A stretch of DNA of 64,000 nt from Chitinophagaceae bacterium (GCA_030053935.1 JASGCU010000001.1:14738-78737), one strand, 5' to 3'. Shown: positions 42,744 through 52,816, counted from the first letter of the stretch. A program made the numbers and translations. Notes: generated by a model not told the origin, from the letters alone.

Positions 42744-43898
42744 CTATTTTATAATCTTACCCTCCTTTTGTGGTTGTTTCTCAATAGTTTTCTTTTTTAT
42801 TTTATAAAATAAATATATACCTGCTCCAATAAGAGGTATAGATAATATTTGTCCCATATTGAGTATAAGTTTTGATTCAAAATCTTCTTGATTTTCTTTC
42901 AAAAACTCTATGGAAAACCGAAATGCCCACAATCCCATTAAAAAGAGAGAAAAGATATATCCATTATTCATCGTATTTCTTTTTTTTACCCATACAAAAA
43001 ATAAAAATAGAAAAAATAAAAAATAAAAAACGGATTCATATATCTGAGTCGGATGCCTCACTATTCCGTATGTTTGAAATTCTGCATAGATATCCCCATC
43101 TGATTTGTATAAATTATAAGGAATCGGGGTATTTATATCGTGATAAAACACACCATCACTGGATTTGGATAGTAAAGTAAACTGTAGTTGCCTTCCATAA
43201 AACTCATACTCTCTTTGCATATTATAGGGAGCTCCTTTTTTGTATTTTACTAATACATTCACAGGAATAATACCTGGTTTCGGCGATGTAATCTTATCTG
43301 TAGTAGTTATTTTTATAGATTCATAGTCAGAAAGATTCGGTTGTAATACCTCTTTCATTTGACGTGCAAAAACAATCCCATAGTCAGAATGTGTTTGTTT
43401 GCCAATAATTTCTGAATTTATGTAGTTCCCCATTCGGATAAGGCATCCCGTAAATGTAATCACAATAACCATTCTATCCAATACCCAAAGATATGATTTT
43501 TTATTGCTATAACAATATAACCATAGTGCAAGAAGGATTCCTACTGCTGCACCGTGACTTGCGAGTCCTCCTTCACGTACTGCAAGTATTTTCATTGGGT
43601 TTGCAAAATAATAATCGGGATTGTAAAAAAGAACATGCCCTAATCTTGCCCCAATAAAAGTAGCAAGAACCATATAAATACTCAAAGTATCTACTTCTAT
43701 AGGAGATACTTTATCTTTTTTATAAATATAATATAATATTTGTTGACTTATAAGGAACCCCAAAGCAAATAAAACACCATACCAAACGATAGAAAACGGT
43801 CCTTTTATATGAAATCCTAAAAAAGTAAAGTCGATTGCTTTCCCAAAAAAATGGGATATTTCTATAAACACAGGATCTGGATCCCAAACTCTATACAT
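42744..43898 (-). CDS. lgt: Prolipoprotein diacylglyceryl transferase, long form with ~100-aa insertion
   Basis: 384-aa ORF with Lgt motifs WYGVLFALGF, GARLGHVLFYNP, GGLASHGAAVG and RHPTQIYES. An extra hydrophilic segment lies between the last two conserved blocks. Confidence 0.85.
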   Translation of the reverse strand: MYRVWDPDPVFIEISHFFGKAIDFTFLGFHIKGPFSIVWYGVLFALGFLISQQILYYIYKKDKVSPIEVDTLSIYMVLATFIGARLGHVLFYNPDYYFANPMKILAVREGGLASHGAAVGILLALWLYCYSNKKSYLWVLDRMVIVITFTGCLIRMGNYINSEIIGKQTHSDYGIVFARQMKEVLQPNLSDYESIKITTTDKITSPKPGIIPVNVLVKYKKGAPYNMQREYEFYGRQLQFTLLSKSSDGVFYHDINTPIPYNLYKSDGDIYAEFQTYGIVRHPTQIYESVFYFLFFLFLFFVWVKKRNTMNNGYIFSLFLMGLWAFRFSIEFLKENQEDFESKLILNMGQILSIPLIGAGIYLFYKIKKKTIEKQPQKEGKIIK

Positions 43899-44077
43899 AT
43901 CTATATGAATTATTGTTAATAATAGTAAATTTATTAAATATATTTTTTATTATTGAGAGTTACTACACCCTCTTAAACTGATAGGGTAAAAATATAATAT
44001 CATTTATATTTTTACGAAAACGAAAAATAAAAGCATAATTTTATATTTTATACATTCTATTTTTTGTAACTAATTGG

Positions 44078-44350
44078 TGCTTGCGAGAAAACTCTTAATT
44101 TTTAAATGTTATTCTTATTTTTTAGAATACTTCTTTTGGGACTATTTTGTGTTACAGTACGGCGACTGTCATATTACAAATTATCTAATCGATTGATTTA
44201 AATGAAAATGAAATATATATTAAATTGTACTTTTTAATGCAAATGAGCATATTAAATATACAAAAATACAATATATTCATCCATTAATCATATAATCATA
44301 ATAATATATTGAATTCACTTACTACTCAAGGTTTTAAGAGTTTTCTTGCT
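44078..44350 (-). repeat. MITE-like intergenic element, copy 1 (inverted relative to copy 2)
   Basis: The reverse complement begins GCAAGAAAACTCTTAAAACCTTGAGTAGTAAGTGAATTCAA...GGATGAATATATTGTATTTTTGTATAT and ends TTAAGAGTTTTCTCGCAAGCAC. It matches both ends of 50079-50365. The termini form a 16-bp inverted repeat. Confidence 0.6.
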
Positions 44351-44513
44351 TATAAGTAAGTGTAGTTTTTATAAATAAGTGTAGTTTTTTAAAAATAAAA
44401 ACACATTAATAGAGATTTATGAAAATATTCTATAATATACAGAAAAAATACTTTTTTTTTCAAAAAAATACAATTTATTTACATTTTACAAACTAAAAAA
44501 ACGATATTATTAT

Positions 44514-45575
44514 ATGAAATTCAGAGCAGGAGTTTTAACGGGGGAAGAGGTAAAAGAGTTATTTTCTTATGCAAAAGAAAAGCAATTCGCATTACCGGCA
44601 GTGAATGTTACGGGAACGAACACTATAAATGCAGTTTTGGAGACAGCAAAAGTAGTTAACTCTCCTGTGATCATACAATTTTCAAACGGGGGGTCATCTT
44701 TTTATGCGGGGAAGTCCATAAGTAATGATAAACAACAGGCATCTATAATAGGAGCTATATCGGGTGCGTATCATGTGCATTTTTTAGCAGAAAAATATGG
44801 AATTCCTGTTATTTTACATACAGACCACTGTGCAAAACAGTTATTGCCTTGGATAGATGGACTTTTAGAAGAAGGAGAGAAATTTTTTGAGAAAAATAAA
44901 AGGTCACTTTTTAGCAGTCACATGTTAGATTTATCCGAAGAACCTCTTCATGAGAATGTAGAAATATGTGCAAATTATTTTCAAAGAATGAAAACACTTG
45001 GTATGACAATAGAAATAGAGTTAGGAGTGACGGGTGGAGAAGAAGACGGGGTAGACAATACCAATGTAGATAATTCTAAATTATATACTCAGCCCGCAGA
45101 TGTTTTATATGCTTACGAAATCTTATCTCGGGTTGATAAAAAATTCACTATAGCGGCTTCTTTTGGCAATGTGCATGGTGTATATAAGCCAGGGAATGTA
45201 AAACTGATGCCCATTATACTCAAAAACTCTCAGCATTATATAGAAACAAAGTTAAAAACCAATTTCAATCCGGTTGATTTTGTTTTTCATGGCGGTTCGG
45301 GTTCCAGTAGAGAAGAAATCAGAGAAGCACTTTCTTATGGAATTGTAAAAATGAATATAGATACTGATATACAGTGGACTTTTTGGGAAGGTGTGAAGGA
45401 TTTTTACAAAAGTAAAGAAGCATATCTGCAATCCCAACTTGGCAATCCCGAAGGGGCAGATAAACCCAATAAAAAATATTATGACCCCCGCGTATGGCTG
45501 AGAGAAGGGGAAAAAAATATTGTCAAAAGGTTAAAAAATGCTTTTGAAGACCTCAATAATATTAATAGAAACTAA
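44514..45575 (+). CDS. fbaA: Class II fructose-1,6-bisphosphate aldolase
   Basis: 353-aa ORF with ALPAVNV, VILHTDHC, FGNVHGVYKPGNVKL, HGGSGS and KMNIDTD motifs of class II FBA. Confidence 0.9.
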   Translation: MKFRAGVLTGEEVKELFSYAKEKQFALPAVNVTGTNTINAVLETAKVVNSPVIIQFSNGGSSFYAGKSISNDKQQASIIGAISGAYHVHFLAEKYGIPVILHTDHCAKQLLPWIDGLLEEGEKFFEKNKRSLFSSHMLDLSEEPLHENVEICANYFQRMKTLGMTIEIELGVTGGEEDGVDNTNVDNSKLYTQPADVLYAYEILSRVDKKFTIAASFGNVHGVYKPGNVKLMPIILKNSQHYIETKLKTNFNPVDFVFHGGSGSSREEIREALSYGIVKMNIDTDIQWTFWEGVKDFYKSKEAYLQSQLGNPEGADKPNKKYYDPRVWLREGEKNIVKRLKNAFEDLNNINRN

Positions 45576-45635
45576 TATTTCATCATCGGAGAACTTATTA
45601 TTTGATACTAGGGTCTCCTTAATTATATACATAGA

Positions 45636-46616
45636 GTGAAAGAAATAGATTTTTATTCAGCATATTTGAATAAAGAAATAGAGAAGTTACGATTTGGAAG
45701 TAATCCCATAGAACTCTATCAGCCCATAGAATATATTATGGGTTTAGGTGGTAAAAGAATAAGACCAATACTGGTGTTTGTAGCATATACTCTGTTTCAA
45801 AAGAACTTTCAAAACATACTGAAGGCGGCTCTTTCGGTAGAATTGTTTCATAATTTCACCCTTATGCATGATGATATTATGGATAATGCTCCCATACGCA
45901 GAAATATGCCCACCGTTCATAAGAAATGGAACACAAACAGATCTATTATATCGGGAGATGCGATGATGATAAAGACGTATGATTATCTACTTACCGTTCC
46001 AAAGAAAAAATTGTATACCGTGCTACAAGTATTTAATACATGTGCCACTCAGGTTTGCGAGGGACAGCAATTAGACATCAATTTTGAAACACAATCAGAG
46101 GTGACAGAAGAGGAATATATTGCTATGATACAACTAAAAACGGCTGTTTTGATTGGTTATAGTTTGGAATTAGGAGCGATATTAGGTGGAGCAAATGCGG
46201 ATATAAGAAATTCTCTCTCTGTATTTGGAGAAAAATTGGGAATAGGGTTTCAATTGAAGGATGATTTGTTGGATATATATGCAGAAAATGCAAAATTTGG
46301 CAAACAAATAGGGGGAGATATTATTACGAATAAAAAAACATTTCTGTATATAAAAGCATTAGAACTGTCATCTCCCGCAGATAAAGAAATACTCATACAG
46401 TACTTTTCTACACCCACTCAGGCGGGAGATGCAGAACAAAAAATACAAGCGGTGAAACATATTTATAATACAGTAAATATATATAACATCACACAACAGA
46501 AAATAAATAGTTATTTTGAGATGGCACTCGCTGTATTAGACAAGATGCCCCTCCCCGATGAGAAAAAAATACTCTTACAAAACCTCTCTTCTTACCTTAT
46601 TGAAAGAGAAAGGTAA
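45636..46616 (+). CDS. Polyprenyl (geranylgeranyl/farnesyl-type) diphosphate synthase
   Basis: 326-aa ORF with a GTG start. It has first and second Asp-rich motifs LMHDDIMD and QLKDDLLD, plus GGKRIRP. Confidence 0.85.
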   Translation: MKEIDFYSAYLNKEIEKLRFGSNPIELYQPIEYIMGLGGKRIRPILVFVAYTLFQKNFQNILKAALSVELFHNFTLMHDDIMDNAPIRRNMPTVHKKWNTNRSIISGDAMMIKTYDYLLTVPKKKLYTVLQVFNTCATQVCEGQQLDINFETQSEVTEEEYIAMIQLKTAVLIGYSLELGAILGGANADIRNSLSVFGEKLGIGFQLKDDLLDIYAENAKFGKQIGGDIITNKKTFLYIKALELSSPADKEILIQYFSTPTQAGDAEQKIQAVKHIYNTVNIYNITQQKINSYFEMALAVLDKMPLPDEKKILLQNLSSYLIERER

Positions 46617-46675
46617 AAGGAATGTTTACACATTATCTGTGGAATCATTTATATTTGTTTTGTTTAAAATTAAAT

Positions 46676-48658
46676 TTATTTTCCAATAGGTTTATATATG
46701 ATACCAAAAGAAAGGTAAAATGGAGTATTATAATAGTTTCCTGCCTTTTGAAGTTGTTCATTATTCATATTTACAAAAGCAGATGAAGGAAAGAAGAAAG
46801 AAGTTTCTTTGAATAGTAACCCATCTGCTTTTATTATATCTAAGCCCGTATAAGCAGCTTCTATAAAAAATCTCAGCGTAGGTCTCCATTCATAAGAAAG
46901 CTGGACAGCAGGTGCTATATTCCATGAGCGTTTTTCTGTATATACTTTCATCTGCTCGGTAGTTATTTTAGTGCCATTGGCAGAGAAATCTATTGGGGTC
47001 TCATATTTACCCAAATAATAACTCAATCGCCTATATCCTGTCTTTATTTTTACATTCAAGTAGAGAGGATGCTTTGTTTTATTGCGTCTCATATTCTTTT
47101 CATAACTTACATATATATAATTCGAATTTTCTGAAGCATTGGTCAGTGCCTCACTGAGAGTAAAAAAATTACCACTGCCTTCCAAACCGATAATACAGTA
47201 TTTTCGTATTTCGTATCCTATAGAATTTGTAAAAGAAAAACTGTGAGTATTTTGTGAGAAGGATCTATTCAGTGCAAATGAAGAAGCAGTGTAATTGAGA
47301 ATGGTAGGATCTGAATATATGGGATAATAAGAAACCCCTATTTCAACTCTTACTCTTTTCATAAAACGTAATATTTTTTCTAAGGTTCTATAAGGGGAAA
47401 GCTTAGTAAAATGGGGTGATTTTTTAAAAGCAGAAGTATCTTTTGGGGTATAGCTTTTAAAGAGATTGGTTTCTTCTTCGGTGGGCTTTACTGTGTTATA
47501 GTTTTTCCAAAAAGAACTATCATATTTTTTAGGTGCTTCATCTATCAGTATATCCGAACGAAAAAATCTTTCAGAATAGGGAATCTTTACGGTATCCGAA
47601 GGATACGTATTAGTAGTAGAATAAAAAAAATCATAAAAATGACTTTGAATGGTATCCTTTTGCATATTATATTTTGTATGGGCATATTGGTAGGAGTTTC
47701 TCCACAGAGAATCATTATATTTTGTGTATTCTACTTGTCCAATGACATGCGAATGTCTATACCCCGCCATTAATTGATTGAATCTGTGTGCCTCATCCAC
47801 CTGGAAAAAGTAGTTCGTTTCATCTATTTCTAAATTACAGCAGGAGACCTGTTCGGCTTTTATGATAGCGTAAGTTTTGTCTTGTATAAAAAGAGTTACG
47901 GAGGTCTTAGAAAATTTTCTATGGGTAATTTTTATGAGATATGTTTTCATTCCTTTGGATAAAAACGTTTTTTGCAACAAGAAAGTAGTGTTTTTTGACT
48001 TTACAGCGTCTTCTATACCTTCTCTATCATAAATAGGGTCTTCAAAAGCTACCTCTGCTTGCCCATATATTTTATGAGTCAGTTTTTCTATTTGAGGAGA
48101 TTCATAGTTTCTCCCTTTGAGCATTTTTACTTCGCCTATTTTTGGCTTTTGGTATCCCGATTTGATACTCTTAATGGTTACTTCAGATATCCATATAGGG
48201 TTTTTCAAAGTACTGTCGTAAGATGCTTTTTCTCTTAAAAATCCTTCGTTTACTTCCGTTTGTGTAGGATAGTTTTTAGGAATGCGTTTGAGAGCAGAGT
48301 CCACCAAACTTCTCGGAAAGTCCTTATACTTTACTACCACTTCTTTTAATTGTTGAAATGACTCTTCTAATCCTATTTGTAAATTGGAATAATCATACAG
48401 AGGAAGGGTCACTTTCTTTTTTTCATATCCAATAGAAGAAATCAAGATAGATACTTTTTCTACCTGTGTTGCCCGTGCAATATACAATTCAAACTCACCA
48501 TGACTATTGGTAACAGTGCCTATTTTCGTATTTTCAAAAATGATATGGGCAAATGCTACTGCCTCTTTGGTTCTGCTGTTCGTAATCTTTCCTTTTATGC
48601 TATACATATCTTGGGAATATGCAGCAAAAGAAAAGAGTAATAAAAAAAAATGTTGCAT
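46676..48658 (-). CDS. Outer-membrane protein with N-terminal CarboxypepD_reg-like domain
   Basis: 660-aa ORF with a signal peptide. YSIKGKITNSRTKEAVAFAHIIFENTKIGTVTNSHGEFEL is typical of a carboxypeptidase-regulatory-like fold. The C-terminus has alternating aromatic/polar beta-strand character. Confidence 0.6.
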   Translation of the reverse strand: MQHFFLLLFSFAAYSQDMYSIKGKITNSRTKEAVAFAHIIFENTKIGTVTNSHGEFELYIARATQVEKVSILISSIGYEKKKVTLPLYDYSNLQIGLEESFQQLKEVVVKYKDFPRSLVDSALKRIPKNYPTQTEVNEGFLREKASYDSTLKNPIWISEVTIKSIKSGYQKPKIGEVKMLKGRNYESPQIEKLTHKIYGQAEVAFEDPIYDREGIEDAVKSKNTTFLLQKTFLSKGMKTYLIKITHRKFSKTSVTLFIQDKTYAIIKAEQVSCCNLEIDETNYFFQVDEAHRFNQLMAGYRHSHVIGQVEYTKYNDSLWRNSYQYAHTKYNMQKDTIQSHFYDFFYSTTNTYPSDTVKIPYSERFFRSDILIDEAPKKYDSSFWKNYNTVKPTEEETNLFKSYTPKDTSAFKKSPHFTKLSPYRTLEKILRFMKRVRVEIGVSYYPIYSDPTILNYTASSFALNRSFSQNTHSFSFTNSIGYEIRKYCIIGLEGSGNFFTLSEALTNASENSNYIYVSYEKNMRRNKTKHPLYLNVKIKTGYRRLSYYLGKYETPIDFSANGTKITTEQMKVYTEKRSWNIAPAVQLSYEWRPTLRFFIEAAYTGLDIIKADGLLFKETSFFFPSSAFVNMNNEQLQKAGNYYNTPFYLSFGIIYKPIGK

Positions 48659-48765
48659 TATGTGTTTATTTATTGGGTAAAAAAGTATAAAACGTTCTTT
48701 TTCTTTATAGTATTAAAAAAAGAGGTTCTCATAATGTATAATTTTTATTGAGAAAATGAAAAGAA

Positions 48766-49995
48766 TCAAGAATAATCCTTGTGGAATCGGGAATAAGAAC
48801 CATCAAGTATTCGTAAAGATTTGAGTATTCCATTACAAGCAATATGTATTTCATCTTCTGAAATGGTGAGTGGGGGTGCTATTCGGAGAGAGTTATTGCA
48901 AAAGAGAAACCAATCTACCAAAATTCCGTTTTCTAAACAGAGAGATACGAGTTTGGAAATAGAAATATCTTTTTGGAGTTCTATTGCCATCATAAGTCCT
49001 TTTGCTCTTACTTCTTTTATGAGAGGATGCAGGAGAAGGGAACAAAATAATGCTTGTTTGAAAGGGATATTTTGCAAAATATTTTCTGCTTTTATCACCT
49101 GCATAGTAGCAAGGGAAGCCGCTGCAGAGAGAGGATTGCCTCCAAAGGTAGTTATATGTCCTAAAGGTGGATTGTTTGATATACTTTGCATTATATGTTG
49201 CGGGGCAATAAATGCTCCGAGAGGTAGCCCCCCTCCCATTCCCTTTGCAGAAACTAATATATCAGGGATAAAACCATAATCTTGGAATGCCCAAAAAAAA
49301 CCTGTCCTGCCAAAGCCACATTGTATCTCATCTACTATCAGTAATGCTCCGTTGTGCGAGCATTTTTCTCGGAGTTTTTGAAAATAAAGGGTAGATGCCG
49401 TTCTTACCCCTGCTTCTCCTTGAACAGTTTCTATGATAACACACGCTGTTTCTTCGTTAATAACGGATAGATTTTCTTCATTTCCAAACTCAATATGGAG
49501 TACAGAAGGCAGAAGCGGTCTGTATTTCCTTCGCATACCATCGTCAGATAGAAGAGACAAAGCACCTTGTGTGCTTCCGTGATAGCAATGCTTACAAGTA
49601 ATAATGGTATGTCTGCGAGTCATTTTTTTGGCAATTTTCATTGCTCCTTCTATTGCTTCGCTCCCTGAATTAACGAAATAGATATTATCTAATGGAGGGG
49701 GGAGGGTTTCTTTGAGGGCTTCTGCGAGTAATATCTGCGGGGACAATATGACTTCACCATACACCATTATATGCATATATTTTTCTAATTGTTTTTTTAT
49801 AGCTTCTACTACCGTAGGGTGTCTATGCCCAATGTTACTCACAGCTATTCCGCTAATGAGATCAAGTATTTTTTTTCCCTGGGGAGTATATAAAAAAACA
49901 CCTTCCGCCTTCTCTATTTCTATTCCTATAGGATTAGAAGATGTTTGTGCTAACCAATTGTAAAAAATCTCTTTTTTATCTCTCATTTTTTTCAA
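48766..49995 (-). CDS. Class-III (acetylornithine/ornithine-type) PLP-dependent aminotransferase
   Basis: 409-aa ORF with NSGSEAIEGAMKIA, DEIQCGFGRTG and the PLP-lysine context DILVSAKGMGGGLPLGA. The listed start is a TTG; the ATG at 49986 is more likely. Confidence 0.8.
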   Translation of the reverse strand: MKKMRDKKEIFYNWLAQTSSNPIGIEIEKAEGVFLYTPQGKKILDLISGIAVSNIGHRHPTVVEAIKKQLEKYMHIMVYGEVILSPQILLAEALKETLPPPLDNIYFVNSGSEAIEGAMKIAKKMTRRHTIITCKHCYHGSTQGALSLLSDDGMRRKYRPLLPSVLHIEFGNEENLSVINEETACVIIETVQGEAGVRTASTLYFQKLREKCSHNGALLIVDEIQCGFGRTGFFWAFQDYGFIPDILVSAKGMGGGLPLGAFIAPQHIMQSISNNPPLGHITTFGGNPLSAAASLATMQVIKAENILQNIPFKQALFCSLLLHPLIKEVRAKGLMMAIELQKDISISKLVSLCLENGILVDWFLFCNNSLRIAPPLTISEDEIHIACNGILKSLRILDGSYSRFHKDYS

Positions 49996-50070
49996 ATATT
50001 ATTTACTTGTTTTACACAACCATTATCTTCAAAAAGTTTATTTTAACATTTTAATGGTTGATACCTTATT

Positions 50071-50428
50071 TAGTATCTGCAAGAAAGCTCTTAAAAACCT
50101 TGATTAGTAAAAGGATTCAATTTATTATTAATAGATGAATATATTGTATTTTTGCATATATTTAGAATAAAAAACATTAATTATTTACTATAAAATAGAA
50201 TGTATGCGAAAGGAGTTAAGCGCTGATACATTTTCATCTACACTGTCTATTAGTGAGGTTGAAATACCTAAAAATGAAACAAAAATTATTTTTTTGTTTG
50301 TATTATAAAAAAATATTCTATATGGTTTATTAAAGTTTAAAAAGTAAGAGTTTTCTTGCATGCACTACATTAATAATGCGTTGAATCCTTTTAATAATCA
50401 AGTCTTATGGGTTTTCTTGCAGATACTA
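50071..50428 (+). repeat. MITE-like intergenic element, copy 2, with ~48-bp imperfect terminal inverted repeats
   Basis: Left end TAGTATCTGCAAGAAAGCTCTTAAAAACCTTGATTAGTAAAAGGATTCAA (50071-50120). The reverse complement of the right end is TAGTATCTGCAAGAAAACCCATAAGACTTGATTATTAAAAGGATTCAA (50381-50428). An internal third copy of the motif, AAGAGTTTTCTTGCATGCAC, sits near 50345-50365. Confidence 0.65.
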
Positions 50429-50453
50429 ATAGTTCAGTTTTTTTATGTATTTT

Positions 50454-51206
50454 TTACATTTTTTTTCTGATCAATTTTAGAATACCATTTATGAAAGTAA
50501 GTGGGTGTGGTGGGTTTCCGGGTACATAGAGGTCTATGGAGTATTTTTGGATGAACTCTCTTTTTAGGGCAGGTGATTCTTGGAATATTCCTCCGGATAT
50601 AGCGTCTGTTCCTGCGAGAATAATTATTTTTGGGTTTGGAACGGCATCATAGCATATTTGAGTAGCTTCAGCCATATTTACAGATAGGGGTCCGGATATT
50701 ACTATTCCATCTGCATGCCTTGGTGAGGCGACAAAGTTTATTCCGAACCTTCCCATATCAAAGTTTACATTTTCTGTGGCGTTGAGTTCTAGTTCTGTAG
50801 AATTATCGCCGGCAGCACATATTTGTCGTAATTTTAAGCTTCTTCCAAAAAGAGATCTTATTTCTTTGCGTATTAATGCTTCATTCAAGAGTATGTGGTT
50901 CTCTTCTCCTTCGGTTATGATGAGGTTTTCTCTTACATTTGTTGCCATATTATGTTCGTTTGTGAATGTTATTTTTTGGGGGGCATAAAAAGCGCATGCG
51001 CCGCAAAAAGTGCATTTTCCTAAATCTATAGAAAATGGATTTTTTTGAATAGCATTTGTAGGGCAGATACTCTCTAAAAGATCTTTATCTGCGGGTTCTT
51101 TATTTATGATAGGTTTTCCTTTAAATGGTGGTGGTATTGTTGCTTTTGTAATATCGGGAATGTATTGTTTTCCTTGTAGTTTTAATAGTTTCAATTCTGC
51201 TATCAT
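50454..51206 (-). CDS. HyfH+HyfI-like fusion: ferredoxin-like remnant fused to a NuoB/HycG-like small subunit lacking Fe-S ligands
   Basis: 250-aa ORF. The N-terminal part reads ICPTNAI...GKCTFCGACAFYAP. The C-terminal part reads FVASPRHADGIVISGP...GTDAISGGIF...DLYVPGNPPHP, which is collinear with HycG/NuoB but has Cys replaced by D and N. Confidence 0.75.
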   Translation of the reverse strand: MIAELKLLKLQGKQYIPDITKATIPPPFKGKPIINKEPADKDLLESICPTNAIQKNPFSIDLGKCTFCGACAFYAPQKITFTNEHNMATNVRENLIITEGEENHILLNEALIRKEIRSLFGRSLKLRQICAAGDNSTELELNATENVNFDMGRFGINFVASPRHADGIVISGPLSVNMAEATQICYDAVPNPKIIILAGTDAISGGIFQESPALKREFIQKYSIDLYVPGNPPHPLTFINGILKLIRKKM

Positions 51207-51242
51207 TTTGTTTTTTTTTAAGAAAGATGGTAAGAAAGTATT

Positions 51243-52814
51243 TTATAGGTCATTTCCGCAATAGGAAAGATTAAAGCTTTTATTATTTATAGGGAAATCG
51301 GATATTTCTAATTCTCTCAATGCTATTTCTAATGCTTTCCAGTTGTGGAGGGATGGGTCTTTTATTTTATAATGTATTATTTTTCCTGTGCTATCGGTGA
51401 TGGCAGAGTGTACTATTTCGCCACGCCATCCTTCTGCAAGGGAAAAGGCGATATGTTCTTTTTTGAGGGACAGCTGTTCGTCTAAAATGGGTGATGGTAT
51501 TGTTTCATTATTTTGTTTCCAAAGATGGATCAGGGATTGGATGTAGCGGATAGATTTTTTTATTTCCATTCTTCGGAGTAAAGCCCGAGAAAAAACATCT
51601 CCTGTGGTAGTTATACTCGTGAAATAAGGATTATAAACATAAGCCATAGATGGGTGTGATGCTCTGATATCTCTGATAATTCCGCATGAACGGGCTACCA
51701 TACCTACTGCTCCTATTTGTTGTGCTTGAGTTTTTGTTACATTTCCTATTCCTTTGAGGCGTAAAATAGCGCTGGGGAGTGAAAATAGTTTTTGAGACAT
51801 TTGGTCGAATTTTTTTTCGTAGTTATGTAGTAGTTTGAGTATGTTTTCTGCTAATATGAGAGAAAATGGATGAAATGTTCCATTTGCTCGTATGAGTGAT
51901 TTTCCGAATCTATTTCCGCACCAGCTCTGTAAAAAGTTAATAATGGGAGTTCTTAAAGCTGCGTAGACAGAAGCACTGAGTTGATACGCTATTCCGATTG
52001 ATAGGTTGGCAAGGTCAGCTGTGTGCATTGCTATGCGTTCTAATTCCATTGCGATGGTTCTTTCTAGTTCTAATTTTTGAGGAATAGGAGATCCGTTTAG
52101 CGCTTCTATTACAGAGCAAAAAACTACAGAGTGCCCTATAGATGTGTCTCCTGCTATATTCTCTGCAAGGGTATTTCTTTGGAATAGTTTTGTTTTTTGT
52201 AAAAAAAGTGTTTCTATTCCTCTGTGTTGCCACCCCAGTTGTATTTCTAAATGGTGTACTGTTTCCCCGTGGCAAGTAAATCTAAAATGACCTGGCTCTA
52301 TAACTCCTGCATGTATAGGACCTACACCTATTTGATGTAGTTGGCTTCCTTCTATTTCATAGAAAGGGTAATTATAGATGTTCTGTGAAGTATCTTCTCT
52401 ATTGTGGGGGTAGCGAATCGGTTTGAGCCATGGATGATTTTCAAAATATATTCCAAAATTTTCTGCTATTTCTCTTTCAAAAATATGCATTGCTTCTATA
52501 GATTGAGTGATGGATTCCAATTTTTTTTTCTTGGCATTTTCTATTATATGGGAAAGAAGGAGTATATTTTTTGTTTCGTCATCGGCAATAGCAATGATGC
52601 ACTGCAAGTTATTTTTTTGGGGGTAGGCGTAGTAGTTCACACAATGAAAAGTATCATTGCTTTTTATTATATCTACCACAGTGGTATAAAAATCTGTATA
52701 ATTTAGTATGGGAACAGATTGTATTTCTATTGCTTGATTATTTTTAACAGAAACAAACTTCTTGATGAGTGTTTGTATGTTTTTTTTTCTTAGTTCGTTT
52801 ATTGATGTATTCAT
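51243..52814 (-). CDS. HycE/HyfG/NuoC-D-like large subunit lacking the [NiFe]-binding cysteines
   Basis: 523-aa ORF with a NuoC-like N-terminus (ENHPWLKPIRYPHN) and a NuoD/HycE-like core (GVGPIHAGVIEPGHFRF, LGWQHRGIE). The L1 site reads ENIAGDTSIGHS and the C-terminus reads NLSYCGNDL. Confidence 0.8.
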   Translation of the reverse strand: MNTSINELRKKNIQTLIKKFVSVKNNQAIEIQSVPILNYTDFYTTVVDIIKSNDTFHCVNYYAYPQKNNLQCIIAIADDETKNILLLSHIIENAKKKKLESITQSIEAMHIFEREIAENFGIYFENHPWLKPIRYPHNREDTSQNIYNYPFYEIEGSQLHQIGVGPIHAGVIEPGHFRFTCHGETVHHLEIQLGWQHRGIETLFLQKTKLFQRNTLAENIAGDTSIGHSVVFCSVIEALNGSPIPQKLELERTIAMELERIAMHTADLANLSIGIAYQLSASVYAALRTPIINFLQSWCGNRFGKSLIRANGTFHPFSLILAENILKLLHNYEKKFDQMSQKLFSLPSAILRLKGIGNVTKTQAQQIGAVGMVARSCGIIRDIRASHPSMAYVYNPYFTSITTTGDVFSRALLRRMEIKKSIRYIQSLIHLWKQNNETIPSPILDEQLSLKKEHIAFSLAEGWRGEIVHSAITDSTGKIIHYKIKDPSLHNWKALEIALRELEISDFPINNKSFNLSYCGNDL

Positions 52815-52816
52815 TT

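Noticed and set aside
48821-49963. Plus-strand ORFs 48821-49279 (152 aa) and 49712-49963 (83 aa)
   Set aside because: They are antisense shadows within the well-supported class-III aminotransferase gene.
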